A stretch of 24,000 bases of DNA from Candidatus Saccharimonadales bacterium (GTDB lineage Bacteria > Patescibacteriota > Saccharimonadia > Saccharimonadales > JACQNP01): assembly GCA_046350695.1 (NCBI GenBank), contig JAXLZX010000002.1, forward strand, positions 109,070 through 133,069, written 5' to 3'. The translations under genes and the position numbers were made by a program. Shown here piece by piece: positions 7,441 through 17,284 of the stretch. Numbering within the stretch: position 1 is the stretch's first letter; every line of letters begins with the position of its first letter. The notes beneath the pieces were generated by a model. The model ran no database searches. It saw only the letters and a program-made list of their open reading frames with translations, and was not told the origin of the DNA.

Positions 7441-8379
7441 TTACTTCGTAGTTTTGAACTTGAGATACCGTCGAGTTGCTATATATGAAGAAATGACACC
7501 GATTAATACACCTATACCAATCTGAGCAGACATTATTAACCAGAAATTATTCTTGAACAGACCATTAGCATATGGAATATCCAGAATTATACTCGTTGCC
7601 TCAATTACAGAAGCTGAAGCAAACATTGTACCAACAAGAAATACCGAAATAACTCCAGAGACTATTCCGTAGATCATTGTTTCAACAATAAACGGACCCC
7701 TGATATAGGCGGTGCTCGCCCCAAGCAGGCGCATAATCTGTAGTTCTTCACGCCGGTTGAAAATCGCCATACGAATTGTATTAAAGATAATTAACATAGA
7801 TACCAACAAGAATATGATAACCCCAACAAACCCGGCTTGGCGGAAGAATTTGGTAGCTTGTGAAATCTTATCTATAGCATCTTTACGGTCACCAGAATAC
7901 GAGGTCTCATCTGACTGCAGCTTCTTTATATCCTCTCTTTCTAGATATTGTTTAATTTCATCAATCCTATTGGGATCGATAGGCTTTATTTGTAAAGACG
8001 CCGGCAAAGGATTGTCCGTCTGAGAAATTGCCACCAGTAGATCAGGATTATCGGCATTTTGCTGTTTATAGATCTCTAGCGCTTTGTCCTTTGATAGGTA
8101 TTCAATAGACTTTACATTACTATTTGCTTTTAGCTCACTAATGATTTTTTCTCTATCTTTATCAGATATATTATCTATAAGATAAACAGATATATCTATT
8201 TTGTCCGTAATTTGCTTGATTGTTTGTGCAAACGTCTGATTAACGATAAGTGAAAATAACACTATGGTAAGTGTTATAACCATAACTGCCATAGCGGCAA
8301 TCCCAAGCGTAAGATTCCGGCCAAAATTCTGCATTCCAGCCCTAGTGATTCTAGAAAGGGTTATTAGTCGTCGTTTCAT
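7441..8379 (-). CDS. ftsX: Cell division ABC transporter permease FtsX, 312 aa.
   Basis: TM1, a large extracytoplasmic loop, then three C-terminal TMs. 4-nt ATGA overlap with ftsE. Sits directly downstream of ftsE. Confidence 0.85.
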   Translation of the reverse strand: MKRRLITLSRITRAGMQNFGRNLTLGIAAMAVMVITLTIVLFSLIVNQTFAQTIKQITDKIDISVYLIDNISDKDREKIISELKANSNVKSIEYLSKDKALEIYKQQNADNPDLLVAISQTDNPLPASLQIKPIDPNRIDEIKQYLEREDIKKLQSDETSYSGDRKDAIDKISQATKFFRQAGFVGVIIFLLVSMLIIFNTIRMAIFNRREELQIMRLLGASTAYIRGPFIVETMIYGIVSGVISVFLVGTMFASASVIEATSIILDIPYANGLFKNNFWLIMSAQIGIGVLIGVISSYIATRRYLKFKTTK

Positions 8380-9059
8380 ATCTGCTTATACTCCGCGTTT
8401 GCGCGGTCGCTCTCTATCTTTCCATCACTTATGACAATTACTCGTCGCTTTAGTTTATTCACTATTTCTTGGTTATGGGTTGTTAGTAAAACTGTCGTTC
8501 CATAATGGTTAATTTTCTCGAGTACTTTTATAACGTCCCAGGCATGTTTAGGGTCAAGATTCCCTGTTGGCTCATCAGCAATTAAGATTTTTGGCTGACG
8601 AACAATTGCCCGAGCTATGGCCACGCGTTGACGTTCACCACCAGAAAGCTCCATCGGCATACGCTTTTCTTTGCCCTTTAGACCAACAATATCCAATACT
8701 CTTGGCACGGTATGATTAATCTCTTTGTTGCCATAACCAACGATTTCCAATGCAAACGACACATTTTCAAATACATTTTTATTTGGCAGCAGTTTGAAAT
8801 CCTGAAAAACTACTCCAATTTTTCGACGGAGAAGTGGGATATCTCTGTCTTTTAGCTTGTCGTAGTCTACACCACCAACAATTATTTTACCGCTAGATGG
8901 CCGCTCTTCCCTGGTTAATAGTTTTAGTAGAGTTGATTTGCCGGCGCCACTTTTTCCGATTATTATAACAAACTCTTTAGGTTCAACATGTAGACTTATT
9001 CGGTCCAACGCTACGTTACTTCTGTTATATGACTTAGTTACCCTGTCTAGTAATATCAT
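8376..9059 (-). CDS. ftsE: Cell division ATP-binding protein FtsE, 227 aa.
   Basis: Walker A GKSGAGKST, ABC signature LSGGERQR, Walker B ILIADEPTGNLD. Paired with ftsX. Confidence 0.92.
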   Translation of the reverse strand: MILLDRVTKSYNRSNVALDRISLHVEPKEFVIIIGKSGAGKSTLLKLLTREERPSSGKIIVGGVDYDKLKDRDIPLLRRKIGVVFQDFKLLPNKNVFENVSFALEIVGYGNKEINHTVPRVLDIVGLKGKEKRMPMELSGGERQRVAIARAIVRQPKILIADEPTGNLDPKHAWDVIKVLEKINHYGTTVLLTTHNQEIVNKLKRRVIVISDGKIESDRANAEYKQI

Positions 9060-9067
9060 GCGTAAAT

Positions 9068-9076
9068 ATTATAGCA
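9068..9076 (-). promoter_or_regulatory. Extended -10 promoter TGCTATAAT, 8 nt upstream of the ftsE ATG (leaderless-type).
   Basis: The minus strand reads TGC-TATAAT-ATTTACGC-ATG. There is no SD between the box and the start codon. Confidence 0.45.
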
Positions 9077-9110
9077 AAGTTCTTATGTACTTATTAATTC
9101 TATATAGAAT

Positions 9111-10202
9111 CTAGCCATTTTCACTCAAATTCATTACTAAACTTGCCTCAATAAAACCATCAATTTCGCCGTTCAAAACTTTGTCCGGGTCACTAGATTC
9201 ATGTCTAGTTCTGAGGTCTTTTACCTGTTTGTAGGGATGTAGAACGTAAGATCTAATCTGGTTGCCCCACTCCGCTGACTGATTTGGTCCTTTCAATTCT
9301 GAAACCTTTTCGGCATGTTGCTCTATCTGAAGTTGAGCCAGACGCGAACGTAAAATTGTCATAGCGGTTTCTTTATTCTGTATTTGGCTTCGCTCATTTT
9401 GAATGGCAACAACTATTCCGGTTGGCAAGTGAGTAACCCTCACCGCAGAGTCTGTAGTGTTCACCGATTGACCACCATGTCCGCCACTGCGGTAGACATC
9501 AATTTTTAACTCTTTGTCATCTATCTCCACCTCATCTGGCGTATCAACCTTAGGCATGACCTCGACTTTTGCAAAACTAGTTTGCCGTAAATTGTCCGCG
9601 TTAAACGGACTTAACCTTACCAGCCTATGCACACCATGCTCATTCTTTAGCTTACCGAATATAAACTGACCTGATATTTCCAGTGATACGCTTTTAACTC
9701 CAGCTTCATCCCCAGATGACTCATCAATAACCGCAACATCATACTTATGTGACTCAGCCCAGCGTACATACATCCTCAATAACATCTGCGCCCAATCTTG
9801 AGCATCCGTTCCGCCAGCACCAGCATAAATTCCAAGGATTACATCGTGATCATCATAAGGTCCAGAGTATTGTAGCTCTCGTTTTAACTCACTAAACACA
9901 GTTTCTACTGATGTTAGCTGGCTTTGTAATTCCGTCTTGATTGAATCATCACCCAATTCTGCTAAATCCTTCATTTCATTTAGGTCGGTCTGAAGTTTTT
10001 GCCAAGGATTAATTCTCTGCTCTAGTTTGTTAATTTTTTTCATAACCTCTTGGGCGGCAAGGTTGTCTTGCCAAAACTCAGGCACCGATGATTCAGCCCT
10101 TAATTCATCAAGCTCCCTACACCTACCGTCTATATCGAGACTGGCAACGACTTTGCTTACTTCAATAAGCAATTTATCTATTGAAGAAATTAACTCCTGC
10201 AT
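9111..10202 (-). CDS. prfB: Peptide chain release factor 2, encoded in a single frame, 363 aa.
   Basis: SPF tripeptide (RLSPFN) and GGQ (SGGHGGQSVN). The full-length ORF has no internal frameshift site. Confidence 0.95.
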   Translation of the reverse strand: MQELISSIDKLLIEVSKVVASLDIDGRCRELDELRAESSVPEFWQDNLAAQEVMKKINKLEQRINPWQKLQTDLNEMKDLAELGDDSIKTELQSQLTSVETVFSELKRELQYSGPYDDHDVILGIYAGAGGTDAQDWAQMLLRMYVRWAESHKYDVAVIDESSGDEAGVKSVSLEISGQFIFGKLKNEHGVHRLVRLSPFNADNLRQTSFAKVEVMPKVDTPDEVEIDDKELKIDVYRSGGHGGQSVNTTDSAVRVTHLPTGIVVAIQNERSQIQNKETAMTILRSRLAQLQIEQHAEKVSELKGPNQSAEWGNQIRSYVLHPYKQVKDLRTRHESSDPDKVLNGEIDGFIEASLVMNLSENG

Positions 10203-10210
10203 TAGTCATA

Positions 10211-10219
10211 ATTATACCA
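10211..10219 (-). promoter_or_regulatory. Extended -10 promoter TGGTATAAT, 8 nt upstream of the prfB ATG (leaderless-type).
   Basis: The minus strand reads TGG-TATAAT-TATGACTA-ATG. No SD. Confidence 0.45.
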
Positions 10220-10261
10220 GCAACTCTCATCTTGAGCTCTAGCCGAGTTTTATTGTAAAAA

Positions 10262-11551
10262 CTATTTACTCCAGAGGACTGACAAATCACTATGTAGAGG
10301 ATCTATGAAATCTTGACCACAACTTCCCAAAACCCCCAAACCCCAAATATTATCCGCAAACATTGCTCGTGCAATATCAACAATCTTATCCTTATTTACA
10401 GACTCAATTCGTTCAGGAATCTTAAAATAATCATCAATGAACTCATCAAAGAAATATCGATACGCATATCTATTTGCCGTACCGCCAACAGTTTGTCCGC
10501 TTCGTTGAAACTTACCAAGACTGTACTGCTTGACTGCTACAATCTCGTCTTCAGTAATATTTCCGTTAAACACATCTTCAAGCTCTTTAATAATAACTTT
10601 AAATAAGGGTTTAGTATTCTTGGGCATAACTTGTGCACCAAACCACCAGTTACTACTTATCTTTGTCTGGCCGACACCTGAGCTCAAATGATATACAAGT
10701 CCCTTCTCTCTGGCAGTCCCCAAAATTTTTGAGTGCAAGGTCTCCGTTAACATCGAGTTAACTAAATTTAATGAATCTGTTTCCATTTCCGACATACGAC
10801 GTTTTGTAAAGGTGTCTATATAGAAGTAAATGTTTTCGACAGTTTCGTTTTCTAAATATAGAGGCTGTTTGAGTAGTTTAGGGGTTTCATTTGGCAGATC
10901 CAGCCTGGATTCACCGACTGGGATTTCCATATCCTCAAAAATGTTTTTTATAATCTTGATGCGCTCCCTAGTAAGTTTTCCAGCAATTACAAATCTCATA
11001 TTTTTTGCGTTATGTGTCGTTTTATAATGCTCAACTATGTCGCCTAATTCAACGTTATTAATACGTGTTAATCTTTCGGCATCAGTTAGAACTTGATAGC
11101 CAAACTTCTCTCGTAGATTTAGACTTAGTTCTCTAAAATGATTATTGGATCTGGCACTCAGCTCCTCGATAACATTACCGAACTCAGCCTTGAATTCCTC
11201 TTCTAAGAATAATGGTTTTGAAATTGAAATGGAAAGTAATTGTGCTATTCTATCCCATTCAAAATCCGCACACTCGGCTTCATAAACTATGTCATAGCTA
11301 CTAGTGCTAGCATTAGAATACGCACCATTCTTTTCGAATTCAGCCTGGAAAAGCCGCGCTTTTGGAATAAGCTCATTGGCACCCAGAAGCACATGCTCCA
11401 TTAGGTGCGGAGTCTCCCACTTGTCCTTTTCAACTAGGTATTCACCTGCCCTAAAGTTAATCAAAAAACTCATGACAGATGCATCTGGGACATTAATTAG
11501 CAGACCCCTGGCGCCATTGCCTAATTTCACTTCACTTACAGTGTGCTTCAT
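10262..11551 (-). CDS. M16 (insulinase/pitrilysin) family zinc peptidase, 429 aa.
   Basis: Inverted zinc motif HxxEH in TPHLMEHVLLG near the N-terminus. Typical length of about 430 aa. Confidence 0.85.
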   Translation of the reverse strand: MKHTVSEVKLGNGARGLLINVPDASVMSFLINFRAGEYLVEKDKWETPHLMEHVLLGANELIPKARLFQAEFEKNGAYSNASTSSYDIVYEAECADFEWDRIAQLLSISISKPLFLEEEFKAEFGNVIEELSARSNNHFRELSLNLREKFGYQVLTDAERLTRINNVELGDIVEHYKTTHNAKNMRFVIAGKLTRERIKIIKNIFEDMEIPVGESRLDLPNETPKLLKQPLYLENETVENIYFYIDTFTKRRMSEMETDSLNLVNSMLTETLHSKILGTAREKGLVYHLSSGVGQTKISSNWWFGAQVMPKNTKPLFKVIIKELEDVFNGNITEDEIVAVKQYSLGKFQRSGQTVGGTANRYAYRYFFDEFIDDYFKIPERIESVNKDKIVDIARAMFADNIWGLGVLGSCGQDFIDPLHSDLSVLWSK

Positions 11552-11560
11552 TGACGATTG

Positions 11561-14155
11561 CTACCTACGCTTGTTCCCTGCTTTTTTACGCTTACGCTCG
11601 GCTTTTCTGGCCTTCTTCTTTTTAGTCTTCTGCTCTTTTTGGGCTATGTTTTCTTCTCTTGCTGGAATGAAGTCAGTTTCGTGGAACTCTTCAGCCTCTA
11701 TGATCTTGTCTGCATTATCTACTGATTTCCTAGCTGCTTTTGTCAGATCAGTCTCAATAGTTTCATCAATACCGACCGGTTCAGCACTATAAATAGCCCT
11801 TACTACTTCCTGTCGTAGCGTTTCTTGCATCTTCTCAAAGAGTTGTTGAGACTGACGGCGGTACTCTACCAAAGGATCCCGCTGCCCAACTGATATCCAG
11901 TGAATACCCTCTCGCATATGATCCATATTCTCAAGGTGTTGCATCCACAAATTATCTAGAACCTGTAAGTATATATCTGTTTCAACCTTACGCATAACCT
12001 CCGAGCCAAAGACAGCTTCCCGCGTATCGTAAAGTTCTAATGCTTCAGTCTTTAGTACCTTTCCAAACTTAGAGGCTTCAGTGTCAAACAATCTATCTAA
12101 CGCCTCTTCGTCAAAAGGAAACACATCCTTAACAACTGATTCAAATTTGTCACTCAAAAGATGCTCAGAGCTTGCAATTTGTTCGGCTTGTTCTTCAATA
12201 ATCTTTTTTATTCGTTTACTTATGTCACCCTTGTGTAACATTTCTTTTCGCATAGCATAAGTAGCCTTGCGATGGCGGTTCATTACGTCATCGTATTGAA
12301 CGACATTTTTTCTAGTATCAAAGTTAAAACCTTCCACTTTTTTCTGGGCTGACTCTAATGATTTTGAGATTACACGATTTTCTATTGGAGTTTCATCGTC
12401 AACGCCCAATCTATCCATAACAGCATTTATTCTTTCGCCACCAAAAACACGCATAAGATCGTCCTCAGTACTAACAAAGAACTGAGAAATCCCCGGATCG
12501 CCCTGTCTACCAGACCTTCCACGCAACTGGTTATCTATTCGACGAGATTCATGTCTCTCTGACCCTAACACGAAAAGTCCACCAGCTTTTCTCGCTTCAT
12601 CATCAAGCATAATATCGGTACCTCTACCGGCAATGTTAGTAGCTAGCGTAACAGCACCTTTTTGTCCGGCTTTCTCAATTATCAACGCTTCACGCTCGTT
12701 ATTCTTGGCGTTCAAAACTTGATGAGGTACTTTTGCCTTAGTTAATAAGTTACTAAGAACTTCGTTCTTTTCAATCGACACAGTGCCGAGCAAAACTGGC
12801 TGTCCTTTTTGGTGTAGCTTTTTAACTTCGCGGACAATGGCCTTAAACTTGCCTTTTTCTGTTCTATAAATCCTATCTGGCATATCCTTCCTGGCAACTG
12901 GCTTATTGGGTGGAATTTGAATAACGTCCAGTTTATAAATCTGATGAAATTCTTCACTTTCAGTTTCAGCCGTACCAGTCATACCAGAAAGTTTTTCATA
13001 CAATCGAAAATAATTCTGGAAACTGATTGTTGCGAGTGTCATAGATTCTTCCTGAACCTCAACACCTTCTTTGGCTTCTATTGCTTGATGCAGACCTTCG
13101 TTATAGCGTCTACCCTTTAATAGACGACCGGTAAATTCATCAACAATAACTACTTCGCCATCAGAAGTTACTACATAGTCTTTATCTCGTTTAAACAGCG
13201 CCTCAGCTTTTAACGCTTGCTCGAGATGATAAATAATTCTGATATTTTCGGTTCCATATAAACTATCAATTCCTAATATTTTTTGAACATGTTCTATTCC
13301 ATCATCCGTTAATACGACCGACTTCTTCTTCTCGTCTACTTCGTAATCTTTATCCTTTTTCAGCTGACGCGTGACCTTAGAGAACTGTGAGTAAGCATTA
13401 CCGCTTGTTACAGACGGTGCAGAAATAATTAGAGGTGTTCGAGCCTCGTCAATTAGGATAGAGTCAACTTCATCGACTATGGCGTAGTGCAGTTCACGCT
13501 GACGTAATTGATCTACTTCTCTAACCATATTGTCACGAAGATAGTCAAAGCCAAATTCATTATTCGTACCATAAGTAATATCTGCCGCGTATGCCTCTTG
13601 GCGAGTACAAGGCTTTAAATGGCTCATTCTTTTATCGTAGTGATCCTTATTGACATAATCTTTGTCGTATATATAAGACTCGTCTGCAACAATTACAGCC
13701 GTCGTTAGACCCAAAAAACCATAAACCTGACCCATCCAGCCAGCATGAAGCTGGGCCAAGTAATCATTAACCGTGACAACATGAGCACCCTTGCCCGTAA
13801 GAGCATTTAAGTAAACAGGCAATGTAGCAACGAGCGTCTTTCCTTCGCCAGTTTTCATCTCAGCAACATTACCCTCATGCAAGGCCATGCCACCGATTAA
13901 CTGAACATCATAGTGTTTTTGCTTAATGGTTCGAAAAGCTGCTTCTTTTACGACAGCAAAAGCATCTGGCAGAATTTTATCTAAAGATTCTTTTTCTAAT
14001 CTTTTTTTGAGCTGTTTAGTCTGATCTGTAAGCTGCTTATCAGACAGTTTCTTATACTTATCCTCTAATGCATTAATATCTTTAACTCGTTTCTTGTAAC
14101 GCTTCAAAGTCCGGTTTTGCGGGTCGCCCAAAACCCGCTTCAATACTTTCTTCAC
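11561..14155 (-). CDS. secA: Preprotein translocase ATPase SecA, 864 aa.
   Basis: MKTGEGKT Walker A, DEVDSILIDEA, TNIAGRGTDI and LRGRSGRQGDPG motifs. GTG at 14155 is preceded by GAAGGGGA. The C-terminus is polybasic and has no Cys-rich zinc finger. Confidence 0.97.
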   Translation of the reverse strand: MKKVLKRVLGDPQNRTLKRYKKRVKDINALEDKYKKLSDKQLTDQTKQLKKRLEKESLDKILPDAFAVVKEAAFRTIKQKHYDVQLIGGMALHEGNVAEMKTGEGKTLVATLPVYLNALTGKGAHVVTVNDYLAQLHAGWMGQVYGFLGLTTAVIVADESYIYDKDYVNKDHYDKRMSHLKPCTRQEAYAADITYGTNNEFGFDYLRDNMVREVDQLRQRELHYAIVDEVDSILIDEARTPLIISAPSVTSGNAYSQFSKVTRQLKKDKDYEVDEKKKSVVLTDDGIEHVQKILGIDSLYGTENIRIIYHLEQALKAEALFKRDKDYVVTSDGEVVIVDEFTGRLLKGRRYNEGLHQAIEAKEGVEVQEESMTLATISFQNYFRLYEKLSGMTGTAETESEEFHQIYKLDVIQIPPNKPVARKDMPDRIYRTEKGKFKAIVREVKKLHQKGQPVLLGTVSIEKNEVLSNLLTKAKVPHQVLNAKNNEREALIIEKAGQKGAVTLATNIAGRGTDIMLDDEARKAGGLFVLGSERHESRRIDNQLRGRSGRQGDPGISQFFVSTEDDLMRVFGGERINAVMDRLGVDDETPIENRVISKSLESAQKKVEGFNFDTRKNVVQYDDVMNRHRKATYAMRKEMLHKGDISKRIKKIIEEQAEQIASSEHLLSDKFESVVKDVFPFDEEALDRLFDTEASKFGKVLKTEALELYDTREAVFGSEVMRKVETDIYLQVLDNLWMQHLENMDHMREGIHWISVGQRDPLVEYRRQSQQLFEKMQETLRQEVVRAIYSAEPVGIDETIETDLTKAARKSVDNADKIIEAEEFHETDFIPAREENIAQKEQKTKKKKARKAERKRKKAGNKRR

Positions 14156-14193
14156 TCACATCCCCTTCTGATAATTTGACTGTAACAAAATAT

Positions 14194-14222
14194 ATTGTAC
14201 CCTAATGACTAAAGATTGTGCA
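14194..14222 (-). promoter_or_regulatory. Candidate promoter TGCACA, 17-nt spacer, TACAAT for secA.
   Basis: -35-like hexamer at 14222..14217, 17-nt spacer, -10 TACAAT at 14199..14194. The leader would carry the SD before the GTG at 14155. Confidence 0.3.
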
Positions 14223-14261
14223 GGGTAATTTTGACAATCACCTATATATGTCTGTTGACGA

Positions 14262-14585
14262 TCATCGCGGCTCTACGACCCCAATTTCTTCTCCGAAAAA
14301 TGCAACCCCGTCACCAAAGCTTTCGTTCTTTGGTAAGCTATTCCATCTTTTAGCTCTTTCTGAAGTATTGGACTTGCAATCAGCCTGCATTGCATCTCTT
14401 GCCTCTTGACTCTCCCATTCAGCAACTACAAAAAAACAGCCGGCTTCGCTTCTGACTCTATGCAAGTGCGTCCCCAATGCTCCTTCGTATTCCTGTAAAA
14501 TTTTACTCCCCTTGCGCCAATAGTCAATGAATTCTTGCTCTTTATCTGGATCATTAAGCTCTATCTTCCAAACAAAACGATACAT
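14262..14585 (-). CDS. Small ABM/Dabb-fold (antibiotic biosynthesis monooxygenase-like) protein, 107 aa.
   Basis: Size and pattern (FxxxW...G...HxLxR...FxVxxEWES.EA) resemble ABM-domain proteins. This is a weak call made by eye. TGA stop. Confidence 0.45.
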   Translation of the reverse strand: MYRFVWKIELNDPDKEQEFIDYWRKGSKILQEYEGALGTHLHRVRSEAGCFFVVAEWESQEARDAMQADCKSNTSERAKRWNSLPKNESFGDGVAFFGEEIGVVEPR

Positions 14586-14594
14586 AATAGCAGT

Positions 14595-14954
14595 CTAAGT
14601 CTCCCGTTTTAAGCGCGATATGACCTTACGACGGATGCTGCGCGTGCCATGTGTTTCGGCATATTTTTTAATTTGATTTTTCATTTTTGCCTCTACAATA
14701 TCGATAGCTGCATAAATATTTATAGTTGTCTCTTTGGCCGTTAGTTTATCGTTAGGAAGTGTCAATATAACTTCACATGTGCGCTTTTTATTAGATTTTT
14801 CTTTCGCTTCCTTTAAAAGGATTTCAGCATGTGCGCTCTCTCTTGCCTTACGGGGTAAATATCTATCCAATTTGCCGATTTTATTTATTGCGTACTTATT
14901 AAGGTCTTCATCTATCATTATATGTACGCCTTTTATTTCCAATTTTTTTATCAT
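14595..14954 (-). CDS. hpf: Ribosome hibernation factor, short HPF/RaiA (S30AE) family, 119 aa.
   Basis: Pattern IKGVHIMIDEDLNKYAINKIGKLDRY...AHAEILL...CEVIL...YAAIDIVEAKMKNQIKK is typical of HPF/YfiA. ATGA overlap with serS. Confidence 0.8.
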   Translation of the reverse strand: MIKKLEIKGVHIMIDEDLNKYAINKIGKLDRYLPRKARESAHAEILLKEAKEKSNKKRTCEVILTLPNDKLTAKETTINIYAAIDIVEAKMKNQIKKYAETHGTRSIRRKVISRLKRET

Positions 14955-16249
14955 ATTTTTTCCTTTCCTCCCATATATGGCCTGAGTACTTCTGGTACAA
15001 TCACATTACCTTCAGATGTTTGATAATTTTCAATTATAGCAATTGGACCCCTGCTAAGTGGTAATGCCGTGGCATCATTCGTATGGATTAAACCAATAGT
15101 ACCATCGGATTTTCTAAATCTAGTCTTGAGCCGACGAGCCTGATAGTCAGTCATGTAATCAGCCGTATGCGTTTCACGGTAACTCTGTTGTCCTGGCATC
15201 CAAGCATTAATGTCAACTCCTCGGGCATTTGGCTTTCCTATGTCTGCAGTACATTTATTTAGTACTTGATATGGTATTCCTAGTAAATTCATAATCTTTT
15301 CCTGCAAAGCAACGAAAAACAGGTGTTCTTGCAACCCATTTTCGCCCACATCCAGACTCTCCATTTCAAGCTTATCGAACTGATGCATACGGAACATACC
15401 CTCCATATCCTTGCCATACGTCCCAGCTTCTCGTCGAAACGAAGATGCATAACCAATGTAACGCACCGGCAGTTCAGGTGCAGTAAGAATTTCGTTGGCA
15501 TGCATACTACCCAATACATGTTCGGCACTTCCCTGTAACCATAAGTCCTCGTTTTCGATTTTATACCTATCATCTTGAGGTTCAAGCCTATCCATTGCAT
15601 CGTAGAGTTCCGTTCGAATCATGAACGGTGGCAACACCGGCACGAAGGTCTTGTCACTTACTTGAAGATTGTTCTCACTAATCACCTGGCGTATAAAATC
15701 CTGGTCTGTTAGTTTATCCAAAATAAATTGAATAATAGCGAATTGTAACTTCACTAAATCGCCCTTTATGTAAGTAAATCTTGACCCAGTGACCTTAGCT
15801 GCTCGCTCCTTATCTAGCCAGCCTTTGGCTTCAGCGATTTCGGCGTGACTTTTTGGCTGAAAATCAAATTTTGTTGGCTCGCCAACAGTTTTTACTACCA
15901 CGTTCTCGTCTTCACTAGTACCAACCGGGACATCATCCAGTGGCATATTTGGAACCTGTTTAAGTATACCTAGCCACTCGTTTTGAACACTATCCAAGTA
16001 CTCTTCCCGCTCGGCTAGTTCAATCTTTATTTGTTTACCCTCATCAATTAGAGCTTGTTCGGGTTGACCTCCTTTCATTTTCTCGGCATTCTCGTTTCGT
16101 CGCTTTCTAATCTCTTCTACTTGCTGCAAAAGTTCGCTTCTTTGCGCATCCAACTGTATCAACTTATCAATATCAACAGAATACCCCTTCTGCTCGCTTT
16201 TTTGTTTTACCACGTCTGAATTGTCTCTAATGTACTGGATATCTATCAT
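14951..16249 (-). CDS. serS: Seryl-tRNA synthetase, 432 aa.
   Basis: N-terminal coiled-coil arm (MIDIQYIRDN...) and class II core motifs (FRREAG, MHQFDKLE, GLIHTNDATALPLSRG). Confidence 0.95.
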   Translation of the reverse strand: MIDIQYIRDNSDVVKQKSEQKGYSVDIDKLIQLDAQRSELLQQVEEIRKRRNENAEKMKGGQPEQALIDEGKQIKIELAEREEYLDSVQNEWLGILKQVPNMPLDDVPVGTSEDENVVVKTVGEPTKFDFQPKSHAEIAEAKGWLDKERAAKVTGSRFTYIKGDLVKLQFAIIQFILDKLTDQDFIRQVISENNLQVSDKTFVPVLPPFMIRTELYDAMDRLEPQDDRYKIENEDLWLQGSAEHVLGSMHANEILTAPELPVRYIGYASSFRREAGTYGKDMEGMFRMHQFDKLEMESLDVGENGLQEHLFFVALQEKIMNLLGIPYQVLNKCTADIGKPNARGVDINAWMPGQQSYRETHTADYMTDYQARRLKTRFRKSDGTIGLIHTNDATALPLSRGPIAIIENYQTSEGNVIVPEVLRPYMGGKEKI

Positions 16250-16256
16250 ATCTAAT

Positions 16257-16262
16257 ATTATA
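16257..16262 (-). promoter_or_regulatory. -10 box TATAAT, 7 nt upstream of the serS ATG (leaderless-type).
   Basis: The minus strand reads TATAAT-ATTAGAT-ATG. No SD. Confidence 0.4.
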
Positions 16263-16300
16263 ACTCAGATGATACAAGCTTACGAATCAAGACTGAATTA

Positions 16301-17284
16301 TTATTCGGTAAACAATCCAATTATTATCATGATAAAAACTATCCCATAAATGGCATACAAAATTATCGATCCTAGACTCCGCGATACTTTACGTCCAAGA
16401 GATGAGTTACTTTTTACCATCGCAGATATTCTATCTTCTTCGCTAACTTCGGGAATATAGTTGAGTGTGGTTTGTTTGTGCTTTATCTCGTCTACAACCA
16501 CATCAACAGACTCTAAGAGAAGCTTTACGTCGTTAGCATTACGTCTATCGGATGTAAGTATAAAAAATATGCTTTTATCAATAACTTCGATATCTTGGTA
16601 TTTACTTTTTTGCTGAACTGCTTGCATGACATCAGGTGTAATAATACTTAATGCGTCTATATTCTCTCCTGGCCGGTAATAAAGAGTAAAATCATTGGCA
16701 AAATTTCCCTCTAGCTTCACAGGCTCGGTCGCATCTCCACGTTTAGTAATAGACCATGAATACTTACTGTCTAGTATTAGATGTGGAAATGCCTTTCCAA
16801 GCCTGACCCTAGCTATAGTGTAATAGTAAGTTCTCCTATCTCTGCCGCTACCAATCGCGTACTGGTATATAAACACATCGCAGACATGTCCCTCGTAAAC
16901 AGCAGAAATTACCGAACTTACCTTACGTCCATGTCCAACGCCATACATACCGGGTGGTATAAAGTACGCATCGTCTACCGATATTTTCGCTATTTCCCAA
17001 GCGTTATTCTTAGCAAAGTTTTTCCACTCTTTGCTCCTTACTATTTCTACATTTCTTAGCATAAGATAGACCACGGAAAAAACTGCAATAAAAGTAAAAT
17101 AATAAATAGGGCCGGCGGTATCGGAAGCTACTCCAGAATTAAAAAATAATACTTGACCTATAAGTAAGAACACGAAAGGAACAGCCATTGCAAAGATTAC
17201 TGTAATCAATTTTCGCCTGTTATAACTATCCAATGTGACCAGACAAGAATAATCTATTTCTGCGAGTTTTTTATTATTTTCCAT
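16301..17284 (-). CDS. Membrane protein, DUF3137-like: two N-terminal TMs, a soluble core and a C-terminal TM, 327 aa.
   Basis: Hydrophobic helices at the N-terminus (ITVIFAMAVPFVFLLIG, IYYFTFIAVFSVVYLML) and C-terminus (IILYAIYGIVFIMIIIGLF). The segment EGNFANDFTLYYRPGENIDALSIITPDVMQAV resembles the DUF3137 signature as I recall it. 11-nt overlap with the upstream nuclease gene. Confidence 0.45.
   Translation of the reverse strand: MENNKKLAEIDYSCLVTLDSYNRRKLITVIFAMAVPFVFLLIGQVLFFNSGVASDTAGPIYYFTFIAVFSVVYLMLRNVEIVRSKEWKNFAKNNAWEIAKISVDDAYFIPPGMYGVGHGRKVSSVISAVYEGHVCDVFIYQYAIGSGRDRRTYYYTIARVRLGKAFPHLILDSKYSWSITKRGDATEPVKLEGNFANDFTLYYRPGENIDALSIITPDVMQAVQQKSKYQDIEVIDKSIFFILTSDRRNANDVKLLLESVDVVVDEIKHKQTTLNYIPEVSEEDRISAMVKSNSSLGRKVSRSLGSIILYAIYGIVFIMIIIGLFTE

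Noticed and set aside
9111-10202. Programmed +1 frameshift site expected in prfB.
   Set aside because: RF2 is encoded in one continuous frame from the ATG at 10202, with no early in-frame stop (no CTT TGA-type site). Lack of autoregulatory frameshifting is a known minority state and is not anomalous.
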